Shown here piece by piece: positions 49,716 to 58,590 of a DNA stretch of 64,000 bases (position 1 is its first letter; every line of letters starts with the position of its first letter). The DNA is taken from the NCBI GenBank assembly GCA_963771275.1, contig CAVYSW010000003.1, positions 1,376,001 to 1,440,000 on the forward strand. The letters run 5' to 3'. Below the pieces are notes generated by a model, which had not been told where the DNA came from, ran no database searches, and saw only the letters and a program-made list of their open reading frames with translations. Source of the DNA: an uncultured Gemmatimonadales bacterium (lineage in GTDB: Bacteria; Gemmatimonadota; Gemmatimonadetes; Gemmatimonadales; GWC2-71-9). The translations under genes and the position numbers were made by a program.

Positions 49716-50065
49716 GAGCCGGCCACCTCGTACTTCCGGGTGCCGGGAACAAGGTGAATGCAGCGGGCTCAGCCGTGTTCGTGCAGCGTGCTGCGGGTAG
49801 CCCCAGTCCCGGGCTGCCCGCGCTCGGCCAAGGACCGCGTCCTGAAGGACGCAGCCCACGCGGAGTCACTGGCGTCTCACTCCCTGGCCGGGTTCAGTCC
49901 TTTCAGGCCGGGACTGCCCCGGTCCAGGATGCCGATCGCGTAGTCGCTTGAGATGAGACGATGCTAATCCGGAGTTAACGAGGGCTTCATCCCCCCCCCC
50001 CTGAGATTGGTCGCGATCGCCAACCGCCGGAGAGCACTTCGCAACGGCGTCGGCAAGGAGGTGTC

Positions 50066-51043
50066 ATGAGAAGGATCGCGACCGTCGGACTGATCGCAGC
50101 GGGACTGCTTCTGGCCTGTGAGCCACGTCTGTCGGCACCACCCACCGAGCTCGTCGTCCAACCCTTGTGCCAGATCGGGTGCGTGGAGGACGGCCCCTAC
50201 CCGGAGGCACCCGGCGTGTTCCTGGGCAGCGGCGTTACGCCGGAGCAGTGTTTCTATTTCGGTACGGACGCGGACAGCGACGAACTCTCCGACTTCTGCG
50301 AGAAGCAGCTCATGTTCGCGTTTAACCCTGAGCTCCGATACTACCACTTGGACTACGTCGATCGCGAACCATACTGGGCTGCTGGGCCCACGGGCAGCGC
50401 GGATGATCCGATTCGCATCGTCTATCTCCTCTCCTACTACCGTGACAACGGCAGCGACGCCTGGGTGTGTTCATTGCCTTTCGCACCCAGCAGCTGTCAC
50501 GGACACAACGGTGACTCAGAGGTTGTGGCATTTGACGTGTACTACGATGCGGTCCATGAGCACTGGGTAATGCATGCAGCCTACTACTCTCAACACAACG
50601 ACCTTCGCGTCGCTAGCCGGGAGGGGGCCGACGCCTTTCCCCGGAGGGTCAGGTACGGAACCCCCACTCACTATACGTGGTACTCCCTTCAGTACCCCGA
50701 ACACCCTGGCAGTTACCTGCGCGTGTACGTCTCAGAGGGAAAGCACGCGAACTACTTCTCGACCAGTGACTGCGAAACGGGTGGCGCGTTTCAGACCGAC
50801 ACGTGTGCACATGTCGATACTTCGGTGCGGGGTGTCATGGCGAACGTCTGGAACATAGGTAGCCGGCAGGACCAGCTCATCAACTGCGTTGAGGCACGCA
50901 GCACGGCTCATCCCTACTATGGAAGCCACAGAGCGGAGTGCTACTGGACTCCGGGGTCGAATTTCCGCGGGTGGTTTCCACCCGACGTGGGTGGTGATGA
51001 GGCCGACCCTTACGACGTTGTTCTAACCGCGCTCGATTTCTAG
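50066..51043 (+). CDS. Cys-rich lipoprotein with NPP1/Vps62-like motifs
   Basis: AAGGAGG RBS, LLAC lipobox, GHNGDSE, YYSQH, VYVSEGKHANY. Confidence 0.75.
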   Translation: MRRIATVGLIAAGLLLACEPRLSAPPTELVVQPLCQIGCVEDGPYPEAPGVFLGSGVTPEQCFYFGTDADSDELSDFCEKQLMFAFNPELRYYHLDYVDREPYWAAGPTGSADDPIRIVYLLSYYRDNGSDAWVCSLPFAPSSCHGHNGDSEVVAFDVYYDAVHEHWVMHAAYYSQHNDLRVASREGADAFPRRVRYGTPTHYTWYSLQYPEHPGSYLRVYVSEGKHANYFSTSDCETGGAFQTDTCAHVDTSVRGVMANVWNIGSRQDQLINCVEARSTAHPYYGSHRAECYWTPGSNFRGWFPPDVGGDEADPYDVVLTALDF

Positions 51044-51073
51044 ACCGTATGGTCCGTGGATGAACGGGCGGGT

Positions 51074-51586
51074 ATGAGACTTCCGGCGTGCCTACTGATT
51101 GCCGCGCTGCTCGGCGCCTGGAAGACCGCTGCACCCCAAGGGCCGCGAGGGCCCGCGTACCCGCCGTGGGTTCGCGCCGCGGTGCCGAACGTGGGACCAC
51201 AGCTTAACAGCCTGACGCTACTCTATCTGGGACCGCCGGCTCAATCGAGCCGAGCCGGCGGCTGCGCGTTGGCTCAACTCAGTCTCGGCCTGGCGGGGAT
51301 GGTCCTGGGCGGTGGCGGCACCGCCGCTGTGAGTGACGGCGCGGGGCCTCCCCTCGTCGCCGCCGGTGTGGGGGTGGTGGGAGGGCTCATGCTCGGTTCC
51401 TACGCCAGCCGCTGCCATGTCTCGGTGTGGGGTGCGGCAGGCGGGGCCGCGCTCGGAGTGTTGATCGGTGCCACGTTGGGCAAGGCGTTCGCGGAAACTC
51501 GGAGCGAGCGGGACGACTCGAATCTGGCAGCCGCGTACGTGGTAATGCTGCCGCTCGCTTGGTTCGGCGCACAGCTCGGACGCTGA
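51074..51586 (+). CDS. Hypothetical Gly-rich membrane protein
   Basis: Signal-like N-terminus and several glycine-zipper-like hydrophobic helices. Confidence 0.6.
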   Translation: MRLPACLLIAALLGAWKTAAPQGPRGPAYPPWVRAAVPNVGPQLNSLTLLYLGPPAQSSRAGGCALAQLSLGLAGMVLGGGGTAAVSDGAGPPLVAAGVGVVGGLMLGSYASRCHVSVWGAAGGAALGVLIGATLGKAFAETRSERDDSNLAAAYVVMLPLAWFGAQLGR

Positions 51587-51593
51587 GCCCCGG

Positions 51594-51628
51594 TGCACGC
51601 TGGACGCTGCACGCTGCACGCTGCCCGT
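51594..51628. repeat. Short 7-nt tandem repeat (TGCACGC) x5, degenerate
   Basis: tgcacgc tggacgc tgcacgc tgcacgc tgcccgt. Confidence 0.7.
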
Positions 51629-51637
51629 AGCTCCACC

Positions 51638-51690
51638 TTCACCACACGCGCGCCCCCGCCGCGCGCTCCAGCTCGTAGCGGCTCCGCACG
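51638..51690. repeat. 53-bp direct repeat, copy of the tolC 3' end
   Basis: Identical to 53325-53377. Confidence 0.95.
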
Positions 51691-51691
51691 G

Positions 51692-53332
51692 CTACGGGCG
51701 GTCGCGAGACGGGGCCGCGGGCAGCGCCGCGCGCAGCACGTCGCCGTCGAGCGCGCCGCTCGGCGTCACCCCGATCGCGGCGGCGATGGTCGGCGCCATG
51801 TCCACGACCCGGACCGGATCGGGGTAGCGACCCGGCCGGAACGGCGGACCGTAGAACACCACCGGAACGTGCGTGTCGTAGTCATGGGGCCCGCCGTGCT
51901 GGGCGTCGGCGGCGCGGCCCCACACCCAGTGCGGCTGGAGCGTCACGACGGCCTCGATCGGGAGATCGGGCGGCAGCGCGTGGTACCAGCGGCGCGCGAT
52001 CGCATCGTGGACGGTGTCGGCTCGCGAGAGGTCGGCCAGGCGATCCACGCGGGCGACGCCTGGCACGCGCCGCGCGAGGTCGGCGAACGCCGCGACCAGC
52101 GAGTCCACGTCCACCCCTGCGGCACGCAGCGAAGCCCGGTCCACCCACAGCGTGTTGCTCTCGATCCGAAACGCTCCGGCGGGAACCCCCCGCGCGGCGA
52201 GCCCGTCGCGGATGGTGGTGATCGGTTGCCGCAGGCTCGCGTGGCCGGTGGAGCCGCCCGTGCGGGCGGCGTACAGCTCGGGAAATGGTCCGACGCCATG
52301 GTCCCCGGTGAGCGCGATCACGATGCGCGCCGAATCCCGCAGCCGGTAGAGCGAGTCGATGAAGGCGCCGAGTGCGCGGTCCAGCCGCAGAATCTGATCG
52401 TGGATCTCGCGGGAGTCGGGCCCGTATCGGTGCCCGACCGCGTCGGTGCTCGAGAGCGAGATCGCGAGCAGGTCGGTGGCGGGCCCGTGGCCGAGTCCCA
52501 TCGCCTCGACGCCTGCGAGCGCGAAGTCGAGCGTGATCTGATCCATCCAGGGGTACTGGATCACGTCCCGGGCCGCCCGCGCGGAATCCGCCGCGAGCAC
52601 GTGCGGAAACACGAAGTTCCGCCCGCCGCCTTCGATGGGTACGGAGTCGGGCTCGGGATAGGCGCTGTCGGGTCGCAACAGTGTCCAGGCGCGGCCCGCG
52701 GAGCGCTGCGGCAGGCGGCGGGCGTTGAACGCCCGAACCCAGGCCGGCAGCGTGTCCATGTAATACGTGCTGGTCGTGAACGGCCCATCCGGCTCCGCGT
52801 ACCAGAACACGGCGGCGCGCGCCCGGCCGAGCGGCAGGATCGCCGCGCGGTCCTTGCGCGACACCGAGAGCGCGCGGGCCGCGGGGTGATGGGCCCGGAT
52901 CCAGTCGATCAGAGTCGTGCCGCGAAACCGCCACGGGGACGCGCCCGGGCCCTGCGCTCCGAGCAGTGGGGCGGCGGAGTCGGGCACGCCACGCTCGTTC
53001 GACACGATGCCGGTGTGACGCGGGAAGCGACCGGAGAGCACCGTGGCGTGGCCCACCGCGGTCTCCGTGTTCGCGTAGTCGAGATCGCCGTCCGTGAACC
53101 ACGCGCCGCCCCGGATCAGACGCCCCAGCCCGCCCGTGAGCTGCGGCGCGAAGCGCGGCAGGTAGTCGGCCCGCATCTGGTCCACCGTGACGAACACGAC
53201 GAGCGTGGTCGGGGTCGGCGGAGACGGGAGCGGCACGGGCGCAGCCCCCGCGACGAGAGCCCCCGCGAGGAGCGGGGCGAATCTCAGCTGACGGCGGATC
53301 GCGCCGGTCGCCACCGTCGCCGCGTTCACCAC
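51692..53332 (-). CDS. Alkaline phosphatase superfamily protein (PafA-like, Thr nucleophile)
   Basis: VDQMRADY, TETAVGHAT, SSTDAVGHRYGP, TGDHG, QHGGPHDYD. Confidence 0.9.
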   Translation of the reverse strand: MVNAATVATGAIRRQLRFAPLLAGALVAGAAPVPLPSPPTPTTLVVFVTVDQMRADYLPRFAPQLTGGLGRLIRGGAWFTDGDLDYANTETAVGHATVLSGRFPRHTGIVSNERGVPDSAAPLLGAQGPGASPWRFRGTTLIDWIRAHHPAARALSVSRKDRAAILPLGRARAAVFWYAEPDGPFTTSTYYMDTLPAWVRAFNARRLPQRSAGRAWTLLRPDSAYPEPDSVPIEGGGRNFVFPHVLAADSARAARDVIQYPWMDQITLDFALAGVEAMGLGHGPATDLLAISLSSTDAVGHRYGPDSREIHDQILRLDRALGAFIDSLYRLRDSARIVIALTGDHGVGPFPELYAARTGGSTGHASLRQPITTIRDGLAARGVPAGAFRIESNTLWVDRASLRAAGVDVDSLVAAFADLARRVPGVARVDRLADLSRADTVHDAIARRWYHALPPDLPIEAVVTLQPHWVWGRAADAQHGGPHDYDTHVPVVFYGPPFRPGRYPDPVRVVDMAPTIAAAIGVTPSGALDGDVLRAALPAAPSRDRP

Positions 53333-53377
53333 ACGCGCGCCCCCGCCGCGCGCTCCAGCTCGTAGCGGCTCCGCACG
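53325..53377. repeat. 53-bp direct repeat, within the tolC 3' end
   Basis: Identical to 51638-51690. Confidence 0.95.
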
Positions 53378-54636
53378 ACATCGTACTGCGCGCGCAGCCG
53401 CATCAGCCGCGCCTCCTGGAGCGACGTCTGCGCGTCGAGCACATCGAGGTTGGTGATGACGCCGGCCTCGTAGCGCACGTCCGCCATGGAAACTGCCGCC
53501 TCCGCCTGCCGCACCTGGAGGTCGGACGTCGCCAGCTTCTGCACACCAGCCTGCACGTCCGCGATGGCCTGCCGCACCTCCGTGGCGATGCGCCGCTCGA
53601 CGTCGCGCGTGTGGTCCTGCGCGGCCGCGGCCGCCGCCTGCGTCTCCGCCACCTGATTCCGGGTGCGGAACCCGTTGAACACCGGGACCCGAACTTGCAC
53701 GCCGGCGTCCCAGTTGCCCTTGATGGTGTTCAGGTTGGGGACGTAGCCGTTCTTGAAGCCGGCCATCACGCCGAGAGCGAGCGACGGCCGGTCACCCAGC
53801 GAGGCGAGCCGGGTCTGGATCGCGGCCGACGCTTCGCCGTCGCGCGAGACCTTGAGCTCGGGCCGCTGCGTCAGGCCGAGTGCCACGAGCGAGTCCACAT
53901 CGAGGGCCGCGGGAGCGTCGACGAACGTGCCCTTGAGGTTGAGTTGCTGGTCGGGCGGGAGGCCCATCAGCCCGCGCAGGCGCACGGTCTGGCGCTCCAG
54001 CGCGTTGGCGAGGTCGATCCGCCGGCTCTGCGCCGTCGCCACTCGCACCTCCGTGGTCAGCACCTCGAAGTCGGTGGCGCTCCCGGTGAGGAGCTTCTCG
54101 CGGGTCACCGCGAGGTGGCGTTCGAGCGCGGCGATCTGGTCGTCCTGCACGTCCAGGCTCCGTTCCAGGAAGATGATCGCGTAGAACGTGTCGATGGCCT
54201 CGAAGGCGAGCCCCGCCTGGACGATCTCCACGGTGTGATCGGCCGCCTGCTCGAGCGACTGCGCGTAGTCCACCGCGGTCGAGCGGCGCCCGAAATCGAA
54301 CACCGTGTGGCGCAGCGACAGGTGGGCGTCGTAGTTGTTGGCCGGGTACAGGTCGAACGGTCCCAGGCCCTGCAGGTCGATGCTCGCGACCGGCTCGAGT
54401 CGCGCGTACGAGCCGTCCGCCTCGATCTCCGGGTAGTAGGCGCTCCGGCTGCCGAGCACGCGCGCCTGCGACGCGCGCACGCCCTGCGCCGCCTGCTGGA
54501 CCGCGGGGTGGGTTTCGATCACCCGCCGGATCACGGCGTCCAGCGAGAGCGAGTCGGCCCCCTGCGGCTGTGACGCCGGGGAGGAGGCGGACAGGGCCGA
54601 CAGGAAGATCAGAGAGGCGAAGGACATGACATTCAT
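53326..54636 (-). CDS. TolC family outer membrane efflux protein
   Basis: Signal peptide, two OEP repeats (YYPEI...VFDFGRR; PVFNGFR...RYEAGVITNLDVLDAQ). Confidence 0.92.
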   Translation of the reverse strand: MNVMSFASLIFLSALSASSPASQPQGADSLSLDAVIRRVIETHPAVQQAAQGVRASQARVLGSRSAYYPEIEADGSYARLEPVASIDLQGLGPFDLYPANNYDAHLSLRHTVFDFGRRSTAVDYAQSLEQAADHTVEIVQAGLAFEAIDTFYAIIFLERSLDVQDDQIAALERHLAVTREKLLTGSATDFEVLTTEVRVATAQSRRIDLANALERQTVRLRGLMGLPPDQQLNLKGTFVDAPAALDVDSLVALGLTQRPELKVSRDGEASAAIQTRLASLGDRPSLALGVMAGFKNGYVPNLNTIKGNWDAGVQVRVPVFNGFRTRNQVAETQAAAAAAQDHTRDVERRIATEVRQAIADVQAGVQKLATSDLQVRQAEAAVSMADVRYEAGVITNLDVLDAQTSLQEARLMRLRAQYDVVRSRYELERAAGARVW

Positions 54637-54665
54637 GAGGGCTCACCGAATGCGATCAACGTGGG

Positions 54666-56282
54666 TTACTCGATGGCGGCCGGGGCAGCGGCCCCGCGCC
54701 GGTGGTGGGGACGCAAGAGCAAGGCGGGGACGAGGGCGACGATGAGAATGCCGGCCGCGAGCAGGAATACGTCGGCGATCGCCTGCACGAATGCCTGGCT
54801 CTCGGTAAGCCCCGCCACGAGGGCCTGCGCCTTGGCGGCCGCGGCGGACGCCGTGCCCCCGGTGACCCGCTGGGCGAAGTAGCCCAACCGGGTGACCGTC
54901 TCGCGGAAGGCGTCCGAGTGCGGGTCCAGCTGCTGGCCGTACAGGGCCGCGTGGAAGATGGTGCGCCGCGTGAGGATCATCCCGAAGATCGCCACCCCGA
55001 AGCTGCCGCCGATCTGCCGGATCACGTTCACCAGCCCCGACGCCTGGGCCATCTGGCGATTGGAAATCTCCGAGATCGCGACGGTGGTGAGCGGTGAGAA
55101 CAGCAGGCCCATCGCCACGCCGCGGATGTACAGCGGCATCATGATGGCGGCCTTCTCGGTGAACAGCGAGATGTCGCTGAACCGGTAGAGGCTCAGGGCC
55201 ATCAGAGCCAGCCCCAGGGCGATCGGCACGCGCGCGTCGTACCGGTCGGCGAACATGCCGGCGAACGGGGCGGTGATGCCCAGCAACAACCCCATGGGCA
55301 GGAAGACGAGGCCGGCCTGAAACGGCGTGTAGCCGAGCGAGTCCTGCAGATAAATGGGTAGCAGGAACGTGCTGCCGAACATCCCCAGTCCGAAGATGAA
55401 CAGCACCACGTTGCTGAGTGCGAAATCGAAGTTGCGAAAGAGCGTCATCTGGATCAGCGGGTGACGCACGTTGGCTTCGGCCACGAGGAAGATCACCAGG
55501 CCGGCGAACGCCACGATGAAGCATGTGACGATGAAGCGCGACGTCCAGCCGCCGGTGTTCCACGCGGAGTTGCCGCTGGCCAGGGCGAGGAGCAGCGCCG
55601 TGAGGAACGCGGTGAGTGAAACGAACCCGAGCAAATCGAAGCGGCCGATGTCGGGCACCTTGCGATCCCGCAGAATGACCGCGCCCGCGAAAACGCCCAT
55701 CGCCCCAACCGGGACGTTCACGTCGAAGATCGTGTGCCAGGCGTAGTGGTCGATCAGGTAGCCGCCGACGGTGGGGCCGAGCGAGACCGACGCGGATGCC
55801 GCCACCGACCAGAAGCCGAGCGCGATGCCACGCTTCTCCGGCGGGAACTCGCGCGTGATGATCGCCATGCCGACGGGCATGAGCAGCCCCGCGCCCGCGC
55901 CCTGGAGAATCCGGAACGCGATCAGGGCGTCGATGCTCCACGAGAGGCTGCACAGGAACGAGCCAACGGTGAAGAGGGACAGCCCCATGAGGAACATCGT
56001 CTTGGAGCCCCACCGGTCCGCCAGCCAGCCGGAGGTCGGCAGGATCACGCCGAACACCAGCAGGTAGGCCGTGAGAATCCACTCCACGCGATCGACCGAG
56101 ACCCCGAAGGCCGCCATCATCTTCGGCAGCGCCACGTTGACGATCGTGGAGTCGAGCACGGCCATGAACGTGCCGATCATCACGGCGGCGAGGACCAGCC
56201 AGCGGTAAGTCGGGTGCTGGGGGTTCAGGGCGGGGAACTGCTCGACGAGCCGCTGCCGGGCAGCGGTCCACGGGCGCGGCAT
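54666..56282 (-). CDS. DHA2 family MFS efflux permease (EmrB-like)
   Basis: FMAVLDSTIVNVALP, GWLADRWG, FRILQGAG, ASGLVNVIRQIGGSFG. Confidence 0.93.
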   Translation of the reverse strand: MPRPWTAARQRLVEQFPALNPQHPTYRWLVLAAVMIGTFMAVLDSTIVNVALPKMMAAFGVSVDRVEWILTAYLLVFGVILPTSGWLADRWGSKTMFLMGLSLFTVGSFLCSLSWSIDALIAFRILQGAGAGLLMPVGMAIITREFPPEKRGIALGFWSVAASASVSLGPTVGGYLIDHYAWHTIFDVNVPVGAMGVFAGAVILRDRKVPDIGRFDLLGFVSLTAFLTALLLALASGNSAWNTGGWTSRFIVTCFIVAFAGLVIFLVAEANVRHPLIQMTLFRNFDFALSNVVLFIFGLGMFGSTFLLPIYLQDSLGYTPFQAGLVFLPMGLLLGITAPFAGMFADRYDARVPIALGLALMALSLYRFSDISLFTEKAAIMMPLYIRGVAMGLLFSPLTTVAISEISNRQMAQASGLVNVIRQIGGSFGVAIFGMILTRRTIFHAALYGQQLDPHSDAFRETVTRLGYFAQRVTGGTASAAAAKAQALVAGLTESQAFVQAIADVFLLAAGILIVALVPALLLRPHHRRGAAAPAAIE

Positions 56283-57293
56283 TTACCGCTCCTGCCCCCT
56301 GATGCTCACCTCCACCGACAGCCCCGGAACGAGCATCACCGGATCTCCCGTCCCCGGACCCGGACGTTCGATCGCGATCCGGACGGGCACCCGCTGGGTG
56401 ACCTTGGTGAAATTGCCCGATGCGTTGTCCGGCGGGATCAGGGAGAACTGCGAAGCGGCGGCCGAGCCGATCCACAACACGGTGCCCACGAGCGCGCGGC
56501 CGGGGTAGGCGTCCACCGCGATTGCCACCCGGTCGCCGGCGTGAATCCGGCCGATCTTGGTCTCCTCGAAGTTCGCGGTGACCCAGAGGTCGGCGAGGTC
56601 GTAGAGCGCGAAGATCGGCTGCCCCGGCTGCACCACGTCACCCGGCAGCACCCAGCGCCGCGCCACGACCCCGGTGAGCGGCGCGGTGATCCGCGTGTTG
56701 GTGAGCTGCGTCTCGATGACCTGGAGCTGCGCCCGCGCCGTCTGCACCTGCGCCAACGCGATGCGCTGGCGCGCCTCGGCCATGTCGAGCGCCGTCTTCG
56801 CGTGATCGTACTGCTCCTGGGGGATCACCTTGCCACGGAGCTGCGTGGCCGCGCGCTCGAAGTCGTCGCGCGCGCGCTGCCCCTCGACCGCGGACAGCTG
56901 CACGTTCTCCCGCGCGAGCGCGAGGCCCGACTGGGCCTGGACCTCCTGGGCGCGCAGATCCGCGTCGTCGAGCCGAACCAGCAGCTGGCCCTCCTGCACC
57001 GTGTCCCCTTCGTCCGTCCCCAGCTCCACGATGCGGCCCAGTATCTTGGTGGCGACGGAAACGCGGTCGCCGTCGATGTAGGCGTCGTCCGTCGCGATCA
57101 CGCCCCGGACCCTGACGTACCAGTAGGCCGCGCCCGCAATGCCGAGGACCACGAGGAGGAGGAGTGGGAACACCACGCTGCGACGGTGGTGCAGGGGACC
57201 GCGGTCCCGCGGTGCGTCAGGTGGAGCCTGCTGTGAGACCAGAGGCGGGGACCCCGGTTGCCGGGCCCCAGCCGACGTTGGCCGATCTTCCAT
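56283..57293 (-). CDS. HlyD/EmrA family adaptor protein
   Basis: TDDAYIDG, ANFEET, FSLIPPDNASGNFTKVTQRVPVRI; likely start at 57293. Confidence 0.93.
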   Translation of the reverse strand: MEDRPTSAGARQPGSPPLVSQQAPPDAPRDRGPLHHRRSVVFPLLLLVVLGIAGAAYWYVRVRGVIATDDAYIDGDRVSVATKILGRIVELGTDEGDTVQEGQLLVRLDDADLRAQEVQAQSGLALARENVQLSAVEGQRARDDFERAATQLRGKVIPQEQYDHAKTALDMAEARQRIALAQVQTARAQLQVIETQLTNTRITAPLTGVVARRWVLPGDVVQPGQPIFALYDLADLWVTANFEETKIGRIHAGDRVAIAVDAYPGRALVGTVLWIGSAAASQFSLIPPDNASGNFTKVTQRVPVRIAIERPGPGTGDPVMLVPGLSVEVSIRGQER

Positions 57294-57509
57294 GTATGAC
57301 TGCGGCTTCCTGGGCGGGAACCAGTGTGGGGTCCCGCCCCTGCGATGTCCGGAACACATGGCGCCAGCTTGGCTGACGCCTTGAACTGTACCCCTCCGGT
57401 CGGGAATCGGGTAAGGGGGAGGAGCGCTCGACCTGGTCACGCGTCGACGCCGGTAGCGGCAACCCGCCCCGGCTGCCATGTTAGCCGCGGCTTCCCATGA
57501 GGGGCGAAC

Positions 57510-58160
57510 ATGCGGGCGCTACGTGTCGCGACGATCGGTCTCGCGGTCGCAGCTCTGAGCGGGACACCTACGCTGGCCGCCCAGGTGCGGCTGGGGTTCT
57601 ACGGTGGCCTCGCCCGGTCCACGTTTGGCGGGCCGGACCTCGCGCAGGGCTGGCACGGCCGGAATGGTGGTGTTGGGGGGGGCTTCATCACGCTCCCGCT
57701 GCTCGGTCGGGTGCTGAGCGTGCGGCCCGGTGTCGCGTGGGTCAGCAAAGGCGGGGAGACGGTGGTCCAGGACGTGACCGCGCAGCTGGTGATCGAGTAC
57801 TTCCAGATTGCGGCGCTCGCCCAGGTCACCCTCCCATCGAGCCTGTGGATCGAGGCCCACGGACTGGTGGGTCCGGTCGTGGGGTTCGTGATGAAGTGCG
57901 AGTTCGTGGCCTGGAATCAGTTCCAGAGAGGGTCGGCGGCATGCAGCAGCCCGCTGTTCCAGGGAGCCTTCCCGACCAAGTCGAGTGATGTGGGGCTGCT
58001 GCTGGGCGCCGGCGCCACGCTGGCACCACGCAGCCGGCTGAGCTTCCTGGCGGAGGTGGCGTATGAGCTGGGGCTCGCCAGCATCGTCGCGGCGAGCGAT
58101 CCGGCGGACATCAAGAACCGCTCGCTCGGCATCCGGGCTGGTCTGATGTTCTCGCTGTGA
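57510..58160 (+). CDS. Outer-membrane beta-barrel (OmpA-like/porin family) protein
   Basis: Signal peptide (LAA-Q), amphipathic strands, C-terminal GLMFSL. Confidence 0.75.
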   Translation: MRALRVATIGLAVAALSGTPTLAAQVRLGFYGGLARSTFGGPDLAQGWHGRNGGVGGGFITLPLLGRVLSVRPGVAWVSKGGETVVQDVTAQLVIEYFQIAALAQVTLPSSLWIEAHGLVGPVVGFVMKCEFVAWNQFQRGSAACSSPLFQGAFPTKSSDVGLLLGAGATLAPRSRLSFLAEVAYELGLASIVAASDPADIKNRSLGIRAGLMFSL

Positions 58161-58218
58161 GGGGGCGGCCCGCGCGACGCTGCCGGACCGCGCGCGTGCG
58201 ATGCGGCTACCGGGAGGA

Positions 58219-58590
58219 CTATCGCTCGATCGACACCTGGTAGGAGCCCGTGGGGCGCTGCTCGTACGTCGTCACGTGCGCCGCCTGCTCCACGGTGCCG
58301 GTGTACGACGCGACGGCGCCGACGTCGGGTACCCAGATCTCGGCCATCACGCCGGCGACCGGCGCGCCGGCGACGAGCACCCGCCACGTCGCTCCCCGCT
58401 CTGCGGAGTAGCAGTCGGGGAACGCCGACCGCACCGAGTCGATCGGCCCGCCGGTCACGGTGAAGATCACGCCGCCGTCATCCGCGTTGGGGGAGACGAG
58501 CCGGACCAGCAGCCATCCCGGCCGCGGCCCGTCGCACGTGCCGAGCACGACGACCAGCGCGGCGAGCCCGAGCGCGCGGAGCGCCTTCAT
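58219..58590 (-). CDS. Small putative lipoprotein, all-beta (possibly cohesin/Ig-like)
   Basis: ATG at 58590 overlaps the upstream stop (ATGA); MKALRALGLAALVVVLGTC; 123 aa of alternating beta-strand pattern. Confidence 0.75.
   Translation of the reverse strand: MKALRALGLAALVVVLGTCDGPRPGWLLVRLVSPNADDGGVIFTVTGGPIDSVRSAFPDCYSAERGATWRVLVAGAPVAGVMAEIWVPDVGAVASYTGTVEQAAHVTTYEQRPTGSYQVSIER

Noticed and set aside
51594..51628. Heptamer tandem repeat as a possible array
   Set aside because: Too short and degenerate, with no spacers.
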